A DNA stretch of 19,434 bases from assembly GCA_040752415.1 (NCBI GenBank), contig JBFMGU010000202.1, positions 1 through 19,434 of the forward strand, in the 5' to 3' direction. How positions within the stretch are numbered: position 1 is the first letter of the stretch; the number at the start of each line of letters is the position of its first letter. Positions 8,618 to 16,622 of this stretch are shown in pieces. The position numbers and the translations under genes were made by a program. The notes beneath the pieces are model-generated. The model had not been told where the DNA came from, ran no database searches, and was given only the letters and a program-made list of their open reading frames with translations. Origin of the DNA: Myxococcota bacterium (GTDB taxonomy: Bacteria > Myxococcota > JACRCW01).

Positions 8618-8646
8618 TTAGCGCACGGCCCCCACACCCGTACAAT
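8618..8646 (+). promoter_or_regulatory. Possible sigma-70-type promoter for the hydrolase gene
   Basis: TTAGCG-17 bp-TACAAT, about 60 bp upstream of the ATG. The -35 match is weak and overlaps a CTTAGC direct repeat. Confidence 0.3.
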
Positions 8647-8705
8647 CCGCGGTGCATCCCCCTGTTGTGACGCCGCACGTGATGGCGTCGCGGGAGCACG
8701 TGTGC

Positions 8706-9683
8706 ATGAGCCCCGCCGCGCTTCTGCCGCTGTTGACCGCCGTGGTGCTGCACCCGGTGCGCGGCTGGCCCGCGGCGGTGCGGGAGATCACCTACCTCAG
8801 TCCCGTCGACCACACCGCGCAGCCCGCGCTCTTCTACGCCCCACCCACCAGGACACCCCGCCCGCTGCTGGTGGTGCTGCACACCTGGAGCCGGGACCAC
8901 CGCCATCCCAACAGCGCGCCCTTCGCGCAGTGGTGCGTCGACAAGCGCTGGGTCATGGTCCATCCCAACTTCCGCGGTCCCAACCACGGCCCGCACGCGC
9001 TGGGGAGCGAGGCCGCCATCCAGGACATCCTGGCCGCCGTGAGCTACGCGCGCACGCATGCCAACGTCGACGCGCGGCGCATCTACCTAGTGGGCTGGTC
9101 GGGCGGAGGGCACGCCAGCCTCCTGGTGGCCGCGCGCGCACCGCAGCTGTGGGCCGGCGTCAGCGCCTGGGTCCCGGTCACCGACCTGGCCGCCTGGTAC
9201 TTCCAGACGCGCGGCACCCCGCACACCCACTACGCCGAGGACATCCGCGCCGCGTGCGGAGGGGTGCCCTTTGTGGGCTCGGACGCGGCGGAGGAATGCG
9301 CGCGTCGCTCCCCGCTGGGGCTGTTGCGCCAGGCGCGCGGCGTGCCGCTGGACCTCAACGCCGGCATCCACGACGGCCACCACCGCGACGGCAAGGTCCC
9401 CATCAGCCACACGCTGGCCGCCTACAACCAGCTGGCCCACCCGCGCCACCGCATCACCGCGCGCCAGGCCCGCGAGCTGGTGGAGCGCTCCCGCGTCCCG
9501 GGCAAGCTGCGCTACCGCGGACGCGACCGTCACTACGGCGACAACCCCGTCCTGGTGCGCAGGCAATCCGGCGCGGTGCGCCTCACCATCTTCGAGGGCG
9601 GGCACCTCATCCGTCGCAGCGCGGCCCTGCACTGGCTCAGCAAGCAGCGCAAACGCGCGCCGCCGCCCCCGGACCCCGCCTGA
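8706..9683 (+). CDS. Alpha/beta-fold serine hydrolase (S9 peptidase/esterase-like)
   Basis: 'PLLVVLHTWS', 'PNFRG', nucleophile elbow 'IYLVGWSGGGH', and catalytic His in 'IFEGGH'. Start uncertain (8652/8682/8706); 8706 gives a signal-like N-terminus. Confidence 0.85.
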   Translation: MSPAALLPLLTAVVLHPVRGWPAAVREITYLSPVDHTAQPALFYAPPTRTPRPLLVVLHTWSRDHRHPNSAPFAQWCVDKRWVMVHPNFRGPNHGPHALGSEAAIQDILAAVSYARTHANVDARRIYLVGWSGGGHASLLVAARAPQLWAGVSAWVPVTDLAAWYFQTRGTPHTHYAEDIRAACGGVPFVGSDAAEECARRSPLGLLRQARGVPLDLNAGIHDGHHRDGKVPISHTLAAYNQLAHPRHRITARQARELVERSRVPGKLRYRGRDRHYGDNPVLVRRQSGAVRLTIFEGGHLIRRSAALHWLSKQRKRAPPPPDPA

Positions 9684-9730
9684 GCCCACGCCCGCGCCCC
9701 GGATTTCCCGCACGCCCGCCGCAACCCTTC

Positions 9731-9759
9731 TTGACGCCCCGCGCGCCGCGACCTACTGC
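9731..9759 (+). promoter_or_regulatory. Possible sigma-70-type promoter for the PilZ gene
   Basis: TTGACG-17 bp-TACTGC, 30 bp upstream of the ATG at 9789. The -10 is imperfect. Confidence 0.3.
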
Positions 9760-9788
9760 CCACCGCACGTTTTGCGGGGTTGCCGAAC

Positions 9789-11303
9789 ATGGTGTCGACG
9801 CATAGCCGGACGGAGCAGCGACGGAGCCGCCGTTACCGCACGCCGTTGGTGGTGGATCTGCACGCGGCCGGGCGGATGCAGCGGCACATGGCCACCGACG
9901 TGGGCCGGCACGGGCTCTTCGTGGTGAGCGCCGACCCGCCGCCGGAGCGGCACATCGTGAAGCTGACGTTGCACCTGCCGCGCGGCGCGGTGGAGGCCAC
10001 GGCGTGTGTCTCGCGTCGCCTGGTGGCGGAGGGTGGGCGCGAGGGCGGGATGGGGTTGCAGTTCTTCGTCATCTCGTCGGACGCCAAGCGCCGCTGGGAC
10101 GAGTTCGTCTCCGGGCTGGAGGGTGGCGCGGCGGTGAGCGGCCTGCCCGCGCCGGCCACCGACGGCGAGGAGTCCCTGTTCTTCATCAAGCTCAAGGACG
10201 AGACGCGCCTCCAGGAGTTCTACGAGAAGGAGCTGGAGCAGGGCGCCATGACGCTGCAGACGCCGGTGCTGCGCGCGGTGGGCACCACGGTGAGCCTGGT
10301 GGTGGTGCACCCGCTCTCCAGCAATGAGTTCACGCTGCGCGGCATGGTGGCGGAGGTGCAGGCGGAGCGGCCGCGCAGCATGCGCATTGTCTTCGACGGT
10401 CTCGACGACGGGCGGCGCCGCGCCTTCCTGCGCTTCATGGAGACCGGAGAGTCGCCCGCGCTGCCGCCGCCCCCGCCCCCGCCCGACGTGGAGCCCCCGG
10501 TGGTGCACGGCATGCCGGAGTATGAGCTGGACCTGGGCGACGACGACATCATCGACGTCGACGAGCGTTTCAGCTGGGAGATGGCCAACGAGCCGGCGGT
10601 GCCGGTGGTGATGGGCCAGGAGATCCTGGAGGAGCTGCCCGCCCTGGACCCGCCGCACTCGTCGGTGGACTCGCTGCCGCCGGAGATTGCCGCCGCGGTG
10701 GTGCCGCCCCTGCCCGAGGAGCCGCCGCTCGAGGAGGACGCGCGCGAGCCCACCGACCCGCCGAGCACGCAGATCGAGGACGCGGAGGTGGTGGAAGCCA
10801 CCGCGGACACCCAGCCGCCGCCCACCGCCGAGGAGACCAGCACCGCGCTCACCCGCCTGGGCATCTCGCCGGGCATCACCGTGCGCCTGCACTGCAGCAC
10901 CTGTCGCAGCGCGGATTGCACCTTCCCCGCCGGTCAGCCCGAGGGGCCGCTGGCCCTGTTCGCCGAGCGCAAAGCCTACTGGTGCCCCGGCTGCAAGGTG
11001 GTGGCGAGCGCGCTGACCGCTCGCAGCGCGTACGCGCGTCGTCGTGCCATGGAGGAGCTGGGTGGCCCCGAGGGCGCGCTGCTGCGCTCCCCGGTGCCCC
11101 TCAAGTTCGCCTTCGAGGTGGCCGCGCTCTCCGCCACCCCCACCTGCCCCTATTGCCAGGGCAAGCTGAAGATCACCAAGCAGATCAAGAGCTTGCACAA
11201 GCGCGTGGCGGTGCTGCTCTCCCAGGACCCCCAGGAGCCGCTCTCCGTGACGCGCTGCCCGGTGTGCGTCACGGGCAAGTGGATGGTGCAGCGCGCCCGC
11301 TGA
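9789..11303 (+). CDS. Tandem PilZ-domain protein with Pro/acidic linker and C-terminal Cys-rich (4x CxxC) domain
   Basis: RRSRR (RxxxR), DVGRHGLFV and GMGLQF form the first PilZ. A second PilZ-like barrel (ELEQGAMTLQT...GTTVSLVVVHP...MRIVFDGL) follows. The C-terminus carries CSTC, CPGC, CPYC and CPVC. Confidence 0.8.
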   Translation: MVSTHSRTEQRRSRRYRTPLVVDLHAAGRMQRHMATDVGRHGLFVVSADPPPERHIVKLTLHLPRGAVEATACVSRRLVAEGGREGGMGLQFFVISSDAKRRWDEFVSGLEGGAAVSGLPAPATDGEESLFFIKLKDETRLQEFYEKELEQGAMTLQTPVLRAVGTTVSLVVVHPLSSNEFTLRGMVAEVQAERPRSMRIVFDGLDDGRRRAFLRFMETGESPALPPPPPPPDVEPPVVHGMPEYELDLGDDDIIDVDERFSWEMANEPAVPVVMGQEILEELPALDPPHSSVDSLPPEIAAAVVPPLPEEPPLEEDAREPTDPPSTQIEDAEVVEATADTQPPPTAEETSTALTRLGISPGITVRLHCSTCRSADCTFPAGQPEGPLALFAERKAYWCPGCKVVASALTARSAYARRRAMEELGGPEGALLRSPVPLKFAFEVAALSATPTCPYCQGKLKITKQIKSLHKRVAVLLSQDPQEPLSVTRCPVCVTGKWMVQRAR

Positions 11304-11393
11304 CGGCCCCCCACGCTCCCGCTGACGAAAAAGCTGACAACGCCCCACAGCGGCTGCAAATGTTGCGCACGCTTCCCTGACCCGGAGAGTGCC

Positions 11394-12026
11394 ATGAGCA
11401 TGTTGCAGCGTTCCTGTCTGTCGGTCCTGGTCTCCGCCTCCCTGGCGGCGGCCTGCGGCACCGACGGCTCCACCACCACCTCTTCCGCATCGTCGTCGTC
11501 CTCGTCGGGCGCGGCCAGCTCGTCGTCGTCCTCCTCGGGCGCGGCCAGCTCGTCGTCGTCCACGGGCGGCAGCACCTCGTCCTCGTCGGGCGCGGCCAGC
11601 TCGTCGTCGTCCTCCTCGGGCGCGGCCAGCTCGTCCACCGCGGCGGCCAGCACCTCGTCGTCGGGGGGCAGCGGTTCCACCTCCAGCGGCGGCGGCCAGT
11701 TCTTCACCGTGTCCGGCTGCGCGGAGGACGACTACCAGGATGAGACCGGCCAGGGCACCTTCAGCATTTCCACGTCGGGGACCACGTACACGCCCAAGTG
11801 CGTGAAGGTCAGCGCCGGCACCGCGGTGACCATTGCGGGCAGCAGCTTCCACCCGCTGCAGGGCCAGGCCGACGTCAACGGCGTGGCCAACCCGTTCACC
11901 GGCAGCTCCGCGGCCACCACCGCGCAGACCCAGACCCTGAGCACGCCGGGCTTCTACGGCTACTACTGCACCGCCCACGGCTCGGCGGCGGGAACCGGCA
12001 TGGCCGGCGCCATCTGGGTGGAATAA
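11394..12026 (+). CDS. Lipoprotein with Ser-rich linker and plastocyanin/amicyanin-like cupredoxin domain
   Basis: Lipobox LAAAC; 'YTPKCVKVSAGTAVT'; type-1 Cu ligands FHPL (His) and 'YGYYCTAHG...GMAGAIWV' (Cys, His, Met). SD GGAG upstream. Confidence 0.88.
   Translation: MSMLQRSCLSVLVSASLAAACGTDGSTTTSSASSSSSSGAASSSSSSSGAASSSSSTGGSTSSSSGAASSSSSSSGAASSSTAAASTSSSGGSGSTSSGGGQFFTVSGCAEDDYQDETGQGTFSISTSGTTYTPKCVKVSAGTAVTIAGSSFHPLQGQADVNGVANPFTGSSAATTAQTQTLSTPGFYGYYCTAHGSAAGTGMAGAIWVE
11491..11635 (+). repeat. Intragenic tandem repeat encoding the Ser-rich linker
   Basis: 30-nt unit CGTCGTCGTCCTC(G/C)TCGGGCGCGGCCAGCT; a 59-bp block at 11496-11554 recurs exactly at 11577-11635. Confidence 0.9.
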
Positions 12027-12248
12027 CGCCGCAACCCGGAGCCACCCACGCCGTCCTCGGGGAATATCGACGACGTGGGCGGTTTCCCGCCGTACCGCCG
12101 CGACGCAGTGAATGCGCCGGCGTGACCCGCGTCTCAACCCACAGCAACGGAGCATCACCACGCCTGGACGGCCTTCCCTGGCCCCCCCGCGCGCGGCGGG
12201 CCCGTGCATCCAACCCCAACAACTTCTCTTGCTGTGGAGGACGCCGCC

Positions 12249-14138
12249 ATGCGTTCCGTTGGACCCGTCTTGTCCTGCCTCCTCATCTCCGCGCTCGCCT
12301 GTGGCGACGGGATGGAGGCGCATCATTCCCCCCGCTCCACCCTGGTGGGCGCCGCCGAGCCCGCGGGAAGGGGTGCCCCCGTCTCCGGCCCGCTGGCCCT
12401 CACCCCCGACGACAAACTCCTCCTGGTGGCCTCCCCGGATCACCAGCAGCTCATCGTGGTGGACCGGGCGCAACGCGCCGTGGTGCGACACATTCCCCTG
12501 GGCGTGGTGCCCAGCCACGTCGTTGTCGACGAGAACGGGCTGGCGCTGATCAGCGCGGAGCACGCCCACGAGGTGCACGTGGTGGACCCGGTGAGCGGCG
12601 CGCACCTGCGCAGCATGAAGGTGGGCGTGTCCCCGGTGGGACTGGCCCTCAAGGAGCCGGGCGTGGTAGCGGTGGCGCTGGCGGGGGAATCCGCGGTGGC
12701 GCTGCTCGACGTCAACACCGGCCGCGTGGTGGCCAAGACGCGCCTCACCACGCCGGAGCCGCGCGCGCTGGCGTTCCTCCCCGACGGGAAACTGGTGGTC
12801 TCGCACCTCACCCGGCCGGTGCTCTCGGTGGTGGACTACGGGAGCAGCAGCGTGCGCAGCGTGGACCTGCACGGCGACCGCAGCGTGCTCGGCAGCATGA
12901 AGCCCACGCTGGTCACGTCGATGACGCTGGATGAGCGGGGCACGGTGATCCTGCCGCACAGCCAGGCCAACGTGGTGGGCATCCTGGCGCCGCCGCCCGA
13001 CCCGGGTTGTCGCTACTACAGCGGTTGTGAGGGACGCTCCGGCGCGGTGGTGCCGTCGGTGACCGAGGTGGCGGTGGACCTGCCGCTGGCGGAGACGGGG
13101 GCCGCGTGCTCGTCGTGCACCCCGGACGCGGTGACGGTGCGACTGCTGGATCCCAACGGCGCGCTCCCCACCCCGCTGCACAACCCCGTGGCCAGCGCGC
13201 TGGTTGGCGACGGAAGGGCCATCGCGGTGCTGGGGCTGGGCACGCAGAACGTGGTCATCGTGGCGCGCGAGGGCACCGGTGTGCGGGTGCTGGGAACCGC
13301 CGAGGTGGGCGAGGGTCCGGTGGGCATGACCGTCACCCGCGATGGGAAGCAGCTCTACGTGTTCAACCAGTTCAACGCGTCGATCTCCGAGGTGGACCTG
13401 GGCTCCTTCCGCGTCGACGGGACGTGGCACAGCTTCATTCCGCGCACCTTCCGCATTGCGGAGGACGTGCTGCCTCCCGACGTGGCGGAGGGTCGCCGGC
13501 TGTTCCACACCGCGCTGGACCCCCGCGTGGCGGCCAACGCCGGTGCCTCCTGCGCCGCGTGCCACCCGGGCGGCCAGGCCGACGGGCAGACCTGGATGAC
13601 CACGGACGGTCCGCGCAACACGCCTTCTTTGGGTGGGGGGCTCCTCAAGACCGCGCCGTTCCACTGGCGGGGTGACGTCGAGACCGTGGAGGACCTCAAC
13701 AACTCCACCATCCGCCCGCTCATGGGTGGCACCGGCATGGAGGCGCGCAGCGCGGTGCAGATGGCGGCCTACCTGGACCGGCTGCCGCAGACGCCCTCCA
13801 CGCAGGCGCTCTACCCGCGCGCACCCGACGACGTGGAACGCGGCCGTCGCATCTTCGAGGACCCGGTGGTGGGCTGCGCCACCTGTCACCGCGGCGAGAT
13901 GCTCACCGACAACCTCAACCACGACGTGGGCACCGCGCACTCCGAGGACGACGCGGCGGGATTGCAGACGCCTTCGCTGCTGGGGCTCTCCCGCTCCGCG
14001 CCCTACCTGCACGACGGGTCCATCAAGACGCTGGAGCAGCTGGTGGACCTGGTGGTGGCGCGCGACCGCATGGGCCAGGGCTCCCAGCTCACGCGCGGCG
14101 AGCGGGCGGACCTGGTGGCCTACCTGGAGTCGCTGTGA
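12249..14138 (+). CDS. Lipoprotein: YVTN/YncE-type beta-propeller fused to a di-heme cytochrome c peroxidase/MauG-like domain
   Basis: Lipobox ALAC; propeller blades (LALTPDDKLLLV, VGVSPVGLAL, VGEGPVGMTVTRDGKQLYVFN); heme motifs CAACH and CATCH; RNTPSL, TAPFHWRG, TPSLLG..SAPYLHDGS. GGAGG precedes the ATG at 12249. Confidence 0.9.
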   Translation: MRSVGPVLSCLLISALACGDGMEAHHSPRSTLVGAAEPAGRGAPVSGPLALTPDDKLLLVASPDHQQLIVVDRAQRAVVRHIPLGVVPSHVVVDENGLALISAEHAHEVHVVDPVSGAHLRSMKVGVSPVGLALKEPGVVAVALAGESAVALLDVNTGRVVAKTRLTTPEPRALAFLPDGKLVVSHLTRPVLSVVDYGSSSVRSVDLHGDRSVLGSMKPTLVTSMTLDERGTVILPHSQANVVGILAPPPDPGCRYYSGCEGRSGAVVPSVTEVAVDLPLAETGAACSSCTPDAVTVRLLDPNGALPTPLHNPVASALVGDGRAIAVLGLGTQNVVIVAREGTGVRVLGTAEVGEGPVGMTVTRDGKQLYVFNQFNASISEVDLGSFRVDGTWHSFIPRTFRIAEDVLPPDVAEGRRLFHTALDPRVAANAGASCAACHPGGQADGQTWMTTDGPRNTPSLGGGLLKTAPFHWRGDVETVEDLNNSTIRPLMGGTGMEARSAVQMAAYLDRLPQTPSTQALYPRAPDDVERGRRIFEDPVVGCATCHRGEMLTDNLNHDVGTAHSEDDAAGLQTPSLLGLSRSAPYLHDGSIKTLEQLVDLVVARDRMGQGSQLTRGERADLVAYLESL

Positions 14139-14141
14139 CGC

Positions 14142-14714
14142 TCAGCGCACCAGTCGCAGCGCGTTGGCCTCACCACTCCATCGCAGTCGGGAGAGCAGCC
14201 GCGCCGCGCCAGGAATCCGCAGCTGGCCCATGGCCTCCTCCCGCGTGAACCAGCGCTGCCGCTGCGGGTCCGCCACCGGCCACCGCGCCGAGCCATACGC
14301 CACGAAGCGCAGCTCCAGGTGCCGGTGCGCGCGCTCCCCGTCCTGCGCGGGAACATCGATCAACGCCAGGTCCAGCACCGACAACGGCCGCGCCAGCACC
14401 AGGTCCAGCAGCCGCGTCTCCCGCATGGCCGCGTGCAACGCGCTCACCGCCACGTCCTGCACGCCCACGTCGTGGGTGGTGAAGAGCGCGTAGCCGTCCC
14501 CGTCGGGGGCGCGGGTGAGCAGCACCTTGCGCTCGGCGGGGTCCAGCACCAGCAACGCACCGGTGGCGTGCACCGGGACGGTGCGCCGGTCATGGATCAC
14601 CGGCTCCATCTCCACGTAGGTGAGCGCATAGTGCAGGGTGCGCGCTTCCTCGTCGTCCGCGGGCACGTGCTGCTTGAGCAGGTAGAGCAGGCTTTTCTGC
14701 GCGGACGTCAACAT
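14142..14714 (-). CDS. Nudix-fold protein with degenerate Nudix box
   Basis: Scaffold 'HATGALLVLDP...KVLLT...ALHAAMRETRL...LDLALIDVPA...AHRHLELRFV...RWF' follows the pattern of a Nudix hydrolase subfamily, but GX5EX7REUXEEXGU is not conserved. Confidence 0.65.
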   Translation of the reverse strand: MLTSAQKSLLYLLKQHVPADDEEARTLHYALTYVEMEPVIHDRRTVPVHATGALLVLDPAERKVLLTRAPDGDGYALFTTHDVGVQDVAVSALHAAMRETRLLDLVLARPLSVLDLALIDVPAQDGERAHRHLELRFVAYGSARWPVADPQRQRWFTREEAMGQLRIPGAARLLSRLRWSGEANALRLVR

Positions 14715-14978
14715 CACGAACCCCGGGTACGGTTTCTGATCTAGCCATCGCCCCGCGCATGTTCACGTGAGGCCTCCAACCGGCTTGCCGCGCCCACGCT
14801 CATGCAGGAGCCCCCCGGCCGGTGGACCCGCCGCAAACCTGGCGCGGCGCGCAGGATGGCATCGGTGCAAACAACGGATGCGCGGCGCGCTCGACGTCAG
14901 CGCGGACAGCCCACCCCCAACCCGCTAGAACCTCGAGCCCGAGGCCGGGCTCCCACCACCATCACCACCGGGGTCAGC

Positions 14979-16211
14979 ATGCGCCCTTCACGAAGCGCGG
15001 GACGCGTGGTCCTGCCAGTGTTCCTTTTTGCCTGCGGTGTCGACGGGGCCACACCCGACGACGCCGCTCCCACCGTGGAAGACGCGCTGCACGACGAGGC
15101 GGGACCACGGATGTACATCGTGCAGCTGCAGGACGACGTGGATCCGGATGAGACGCTGGATGAGCTCTCCGCGCGCCACGGTGCCCGCGTGCAGCACCGC
15201 TACCGCCACGCCCTGCACGGCGGCGCCCTGCACCTCACCGACGAGGCCGCCGCGGAGCTGGCCCACGACCCGCGCGTGCTGCGCGTGGAGCGCGATCACC
15301 CGGTGTACGCCGTGGGCAACACCCCGGAACGCGCGCCCACGGGCTACCGGCTCATCGGCGCCGACGTCACCAACAACGAGGGCGCCGGCGTCCACGTGGC
15401 GGTGCTGGACACGGGCATCGACCTCACGCACAAGGACCTCGCCACCAACGTGGTCACGCAGCACGGACGCGACTGCATCAACGAGTCGGGCGCGCCCATG
15501 AAGGACAACAACGGGCACGGGTCGCACGTGGCCGGGACCATTGCCGCCGTCGACAACGAGATCGGCTCCCTGGGCGTGGCCACGGCGGCGCGCGTGGTGC
15601 CGGTCAAGGTGCTCAACCGGACCGGCGCCGGGTCCTGGGCCAGCGTCATCTGCGGCATCGATCACGTCACGGCCCACGCGTCGGTGCTGCGCGTGGCCAA
15701 CATGTCCCTGGGCGGTCCCGGCAGCGAGTGCACCACGGGGGGCTGCACGCGGTCCGCGTTGCAGGTGGCCATCGAGAGATCGGTGGCGGCGGGAGTGACG
15801 TACGTGGTGGCGGCCGGCAACAGCGGCACGGATGCCCGGACCTTCGTCCCCGCCGCCTATGACGCCGTCATCACGGTCTCCGCCTACCGCGACACCGACG
15901 GCGTGCTCACCTCCGACGACGGCTGGCCGTCCTTCACCAACTACGGCGCGGATGTGGATATCGCCGCTCCCGGCGTGAGCATCTTCTCCACGTACAAGAG
16001 CGGCGGCTACAAGACCCTCAGCGGCACCTCCATGGCCTCGCCCCACGTGGCGGCGGCGGCGGCCATGCTGCTGAGCACGCACCCGCTGGCCACCCCTTCC
16101 GACGTGCGCACGGAGCTGCGTGCCCGCGCGCTCACGGTGTTCCCCGGCTCCACCAACACCCGCCACGCGGAGCCCCTGCTCGACGTGCGCAGCGGCTTTC
16201 CCGCGCCCTGA
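14979..16211 (+). CDS. Subtilisin-like S8 serine protease with I9 propeptide, probable lipoprotein
   Basis: VAVLDTG (Asp), HGSHVAG (His), AAGNS (oxyanion Asn), GTSMASPHVA (Ser); propeptide YIVQL...DPRVLRVERD; signal peptide ending LFAC. Confidence 0.95.
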   Translation: MRPSRSAGRVVLPVFLFACGVDGATPDDAAPTVEDALHDEAGPRMYIVQLQDDVDPDETLDELSARHGARVQHRYRHALHGGALHLTDEAAAELAHDPRVLRVERDHPVYAVGNTPERAPTGYRLIGADVTNNEGAGVHVAVLDTGIDLTHKDLATNVVTQHGRDCINESGAPMKDNNGHGSHVAGTIAAVDNEIGSLGVATAARVVPVKVLNRTGAGSWASVICGIDHVTAHASVLRVANMSLGGPGSECTTGGCTRSALQVAIERSVAAGVTYVVAAGNSGTDARTFVPAAYDAVITVSAYRDTDGVLTSDDGWPSFTNYGADVDIAAPGVSIFSTYKSGGYKTLSGTSMASPHVAAAAAMLLSTHPLATPSDVRTELRARALTVFPGSTNTRHAEPLLDVRSGFPAP

Positions 16212-16307
16212 GCACGCCCACGCGCCCCGGGGTCACGCATTGGGACCGGACGGGAACCTGCTCCGGGCCCCACAAGCTTTGCGCTTCCCGTGCGGGGATC
16301 GTCCCCC

Positions 16308-16620
16308 GTGACCCTCGTCAACGCCACCACGTTGACCCGCGCCACGCGGCTGGAGGTCCTGGCGGAGGGAACCCGTCACTGGCGTGTCTGCTCTCGCGTG
16401 CAACGCGCACACCGGGCGCACCCATGCCAACTTCACGCCGCAGACCGTGCAGGACTTCCACAAGACCACGAACACCTTCGTAAGCCAGCCGCGCACGCTG
16501 CGGCAGACGCTGGTGGACTGGCGGGTGAACGGGGGCGTGGTGCGCGTCAGCGACGTCGCGGAGGACTCCGCGCTACCGCCCTCGTCGGAGTGCAACGCCG
16601 TGGAGGGCGGAGGGGCCGCG
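16308..16620 (+). pseudogene. Probable gene remnant (frameshifted fragment)
   Basis: Strong GC3 coding bias in one frame to about 16368 (VTLVNATTLTRATRLEVLAEG), then in another frame from about 16370 (EPVTGVSALACNAHTG...ANFTPQTVQDFH...WRVNGGVVRVSD). No clear SD, and no stop before it runs into the opposing gene. Confidence 0.4.
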
Positions 16621-16622
16621 CG

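Noticed and set aside
11150..11707. Acidic repeat ORF (ELAAPEEDDD)
   Set aside because: Antisense reading of the Ser-linker repeat; the plus strand has a lipobox and Cu ligands.
9753..14012. 1419-aa minus-strand ORF, and other long antisense ORFs such as 2567-4528 and 405-1493
   Set aside because: Shadow frames of well-supported genes in high-GC DNA; Arg/Gly/His-rich with no motifs.
14833..14890. Two GCAAA motifs suggesting a c-di-GMP-I riboswitch upstream of the protease
   Set aside because: No GNRA tetraloop and wrong spacing; only a loose GCAAAC...GCGCGGCGCGC direct repeat.
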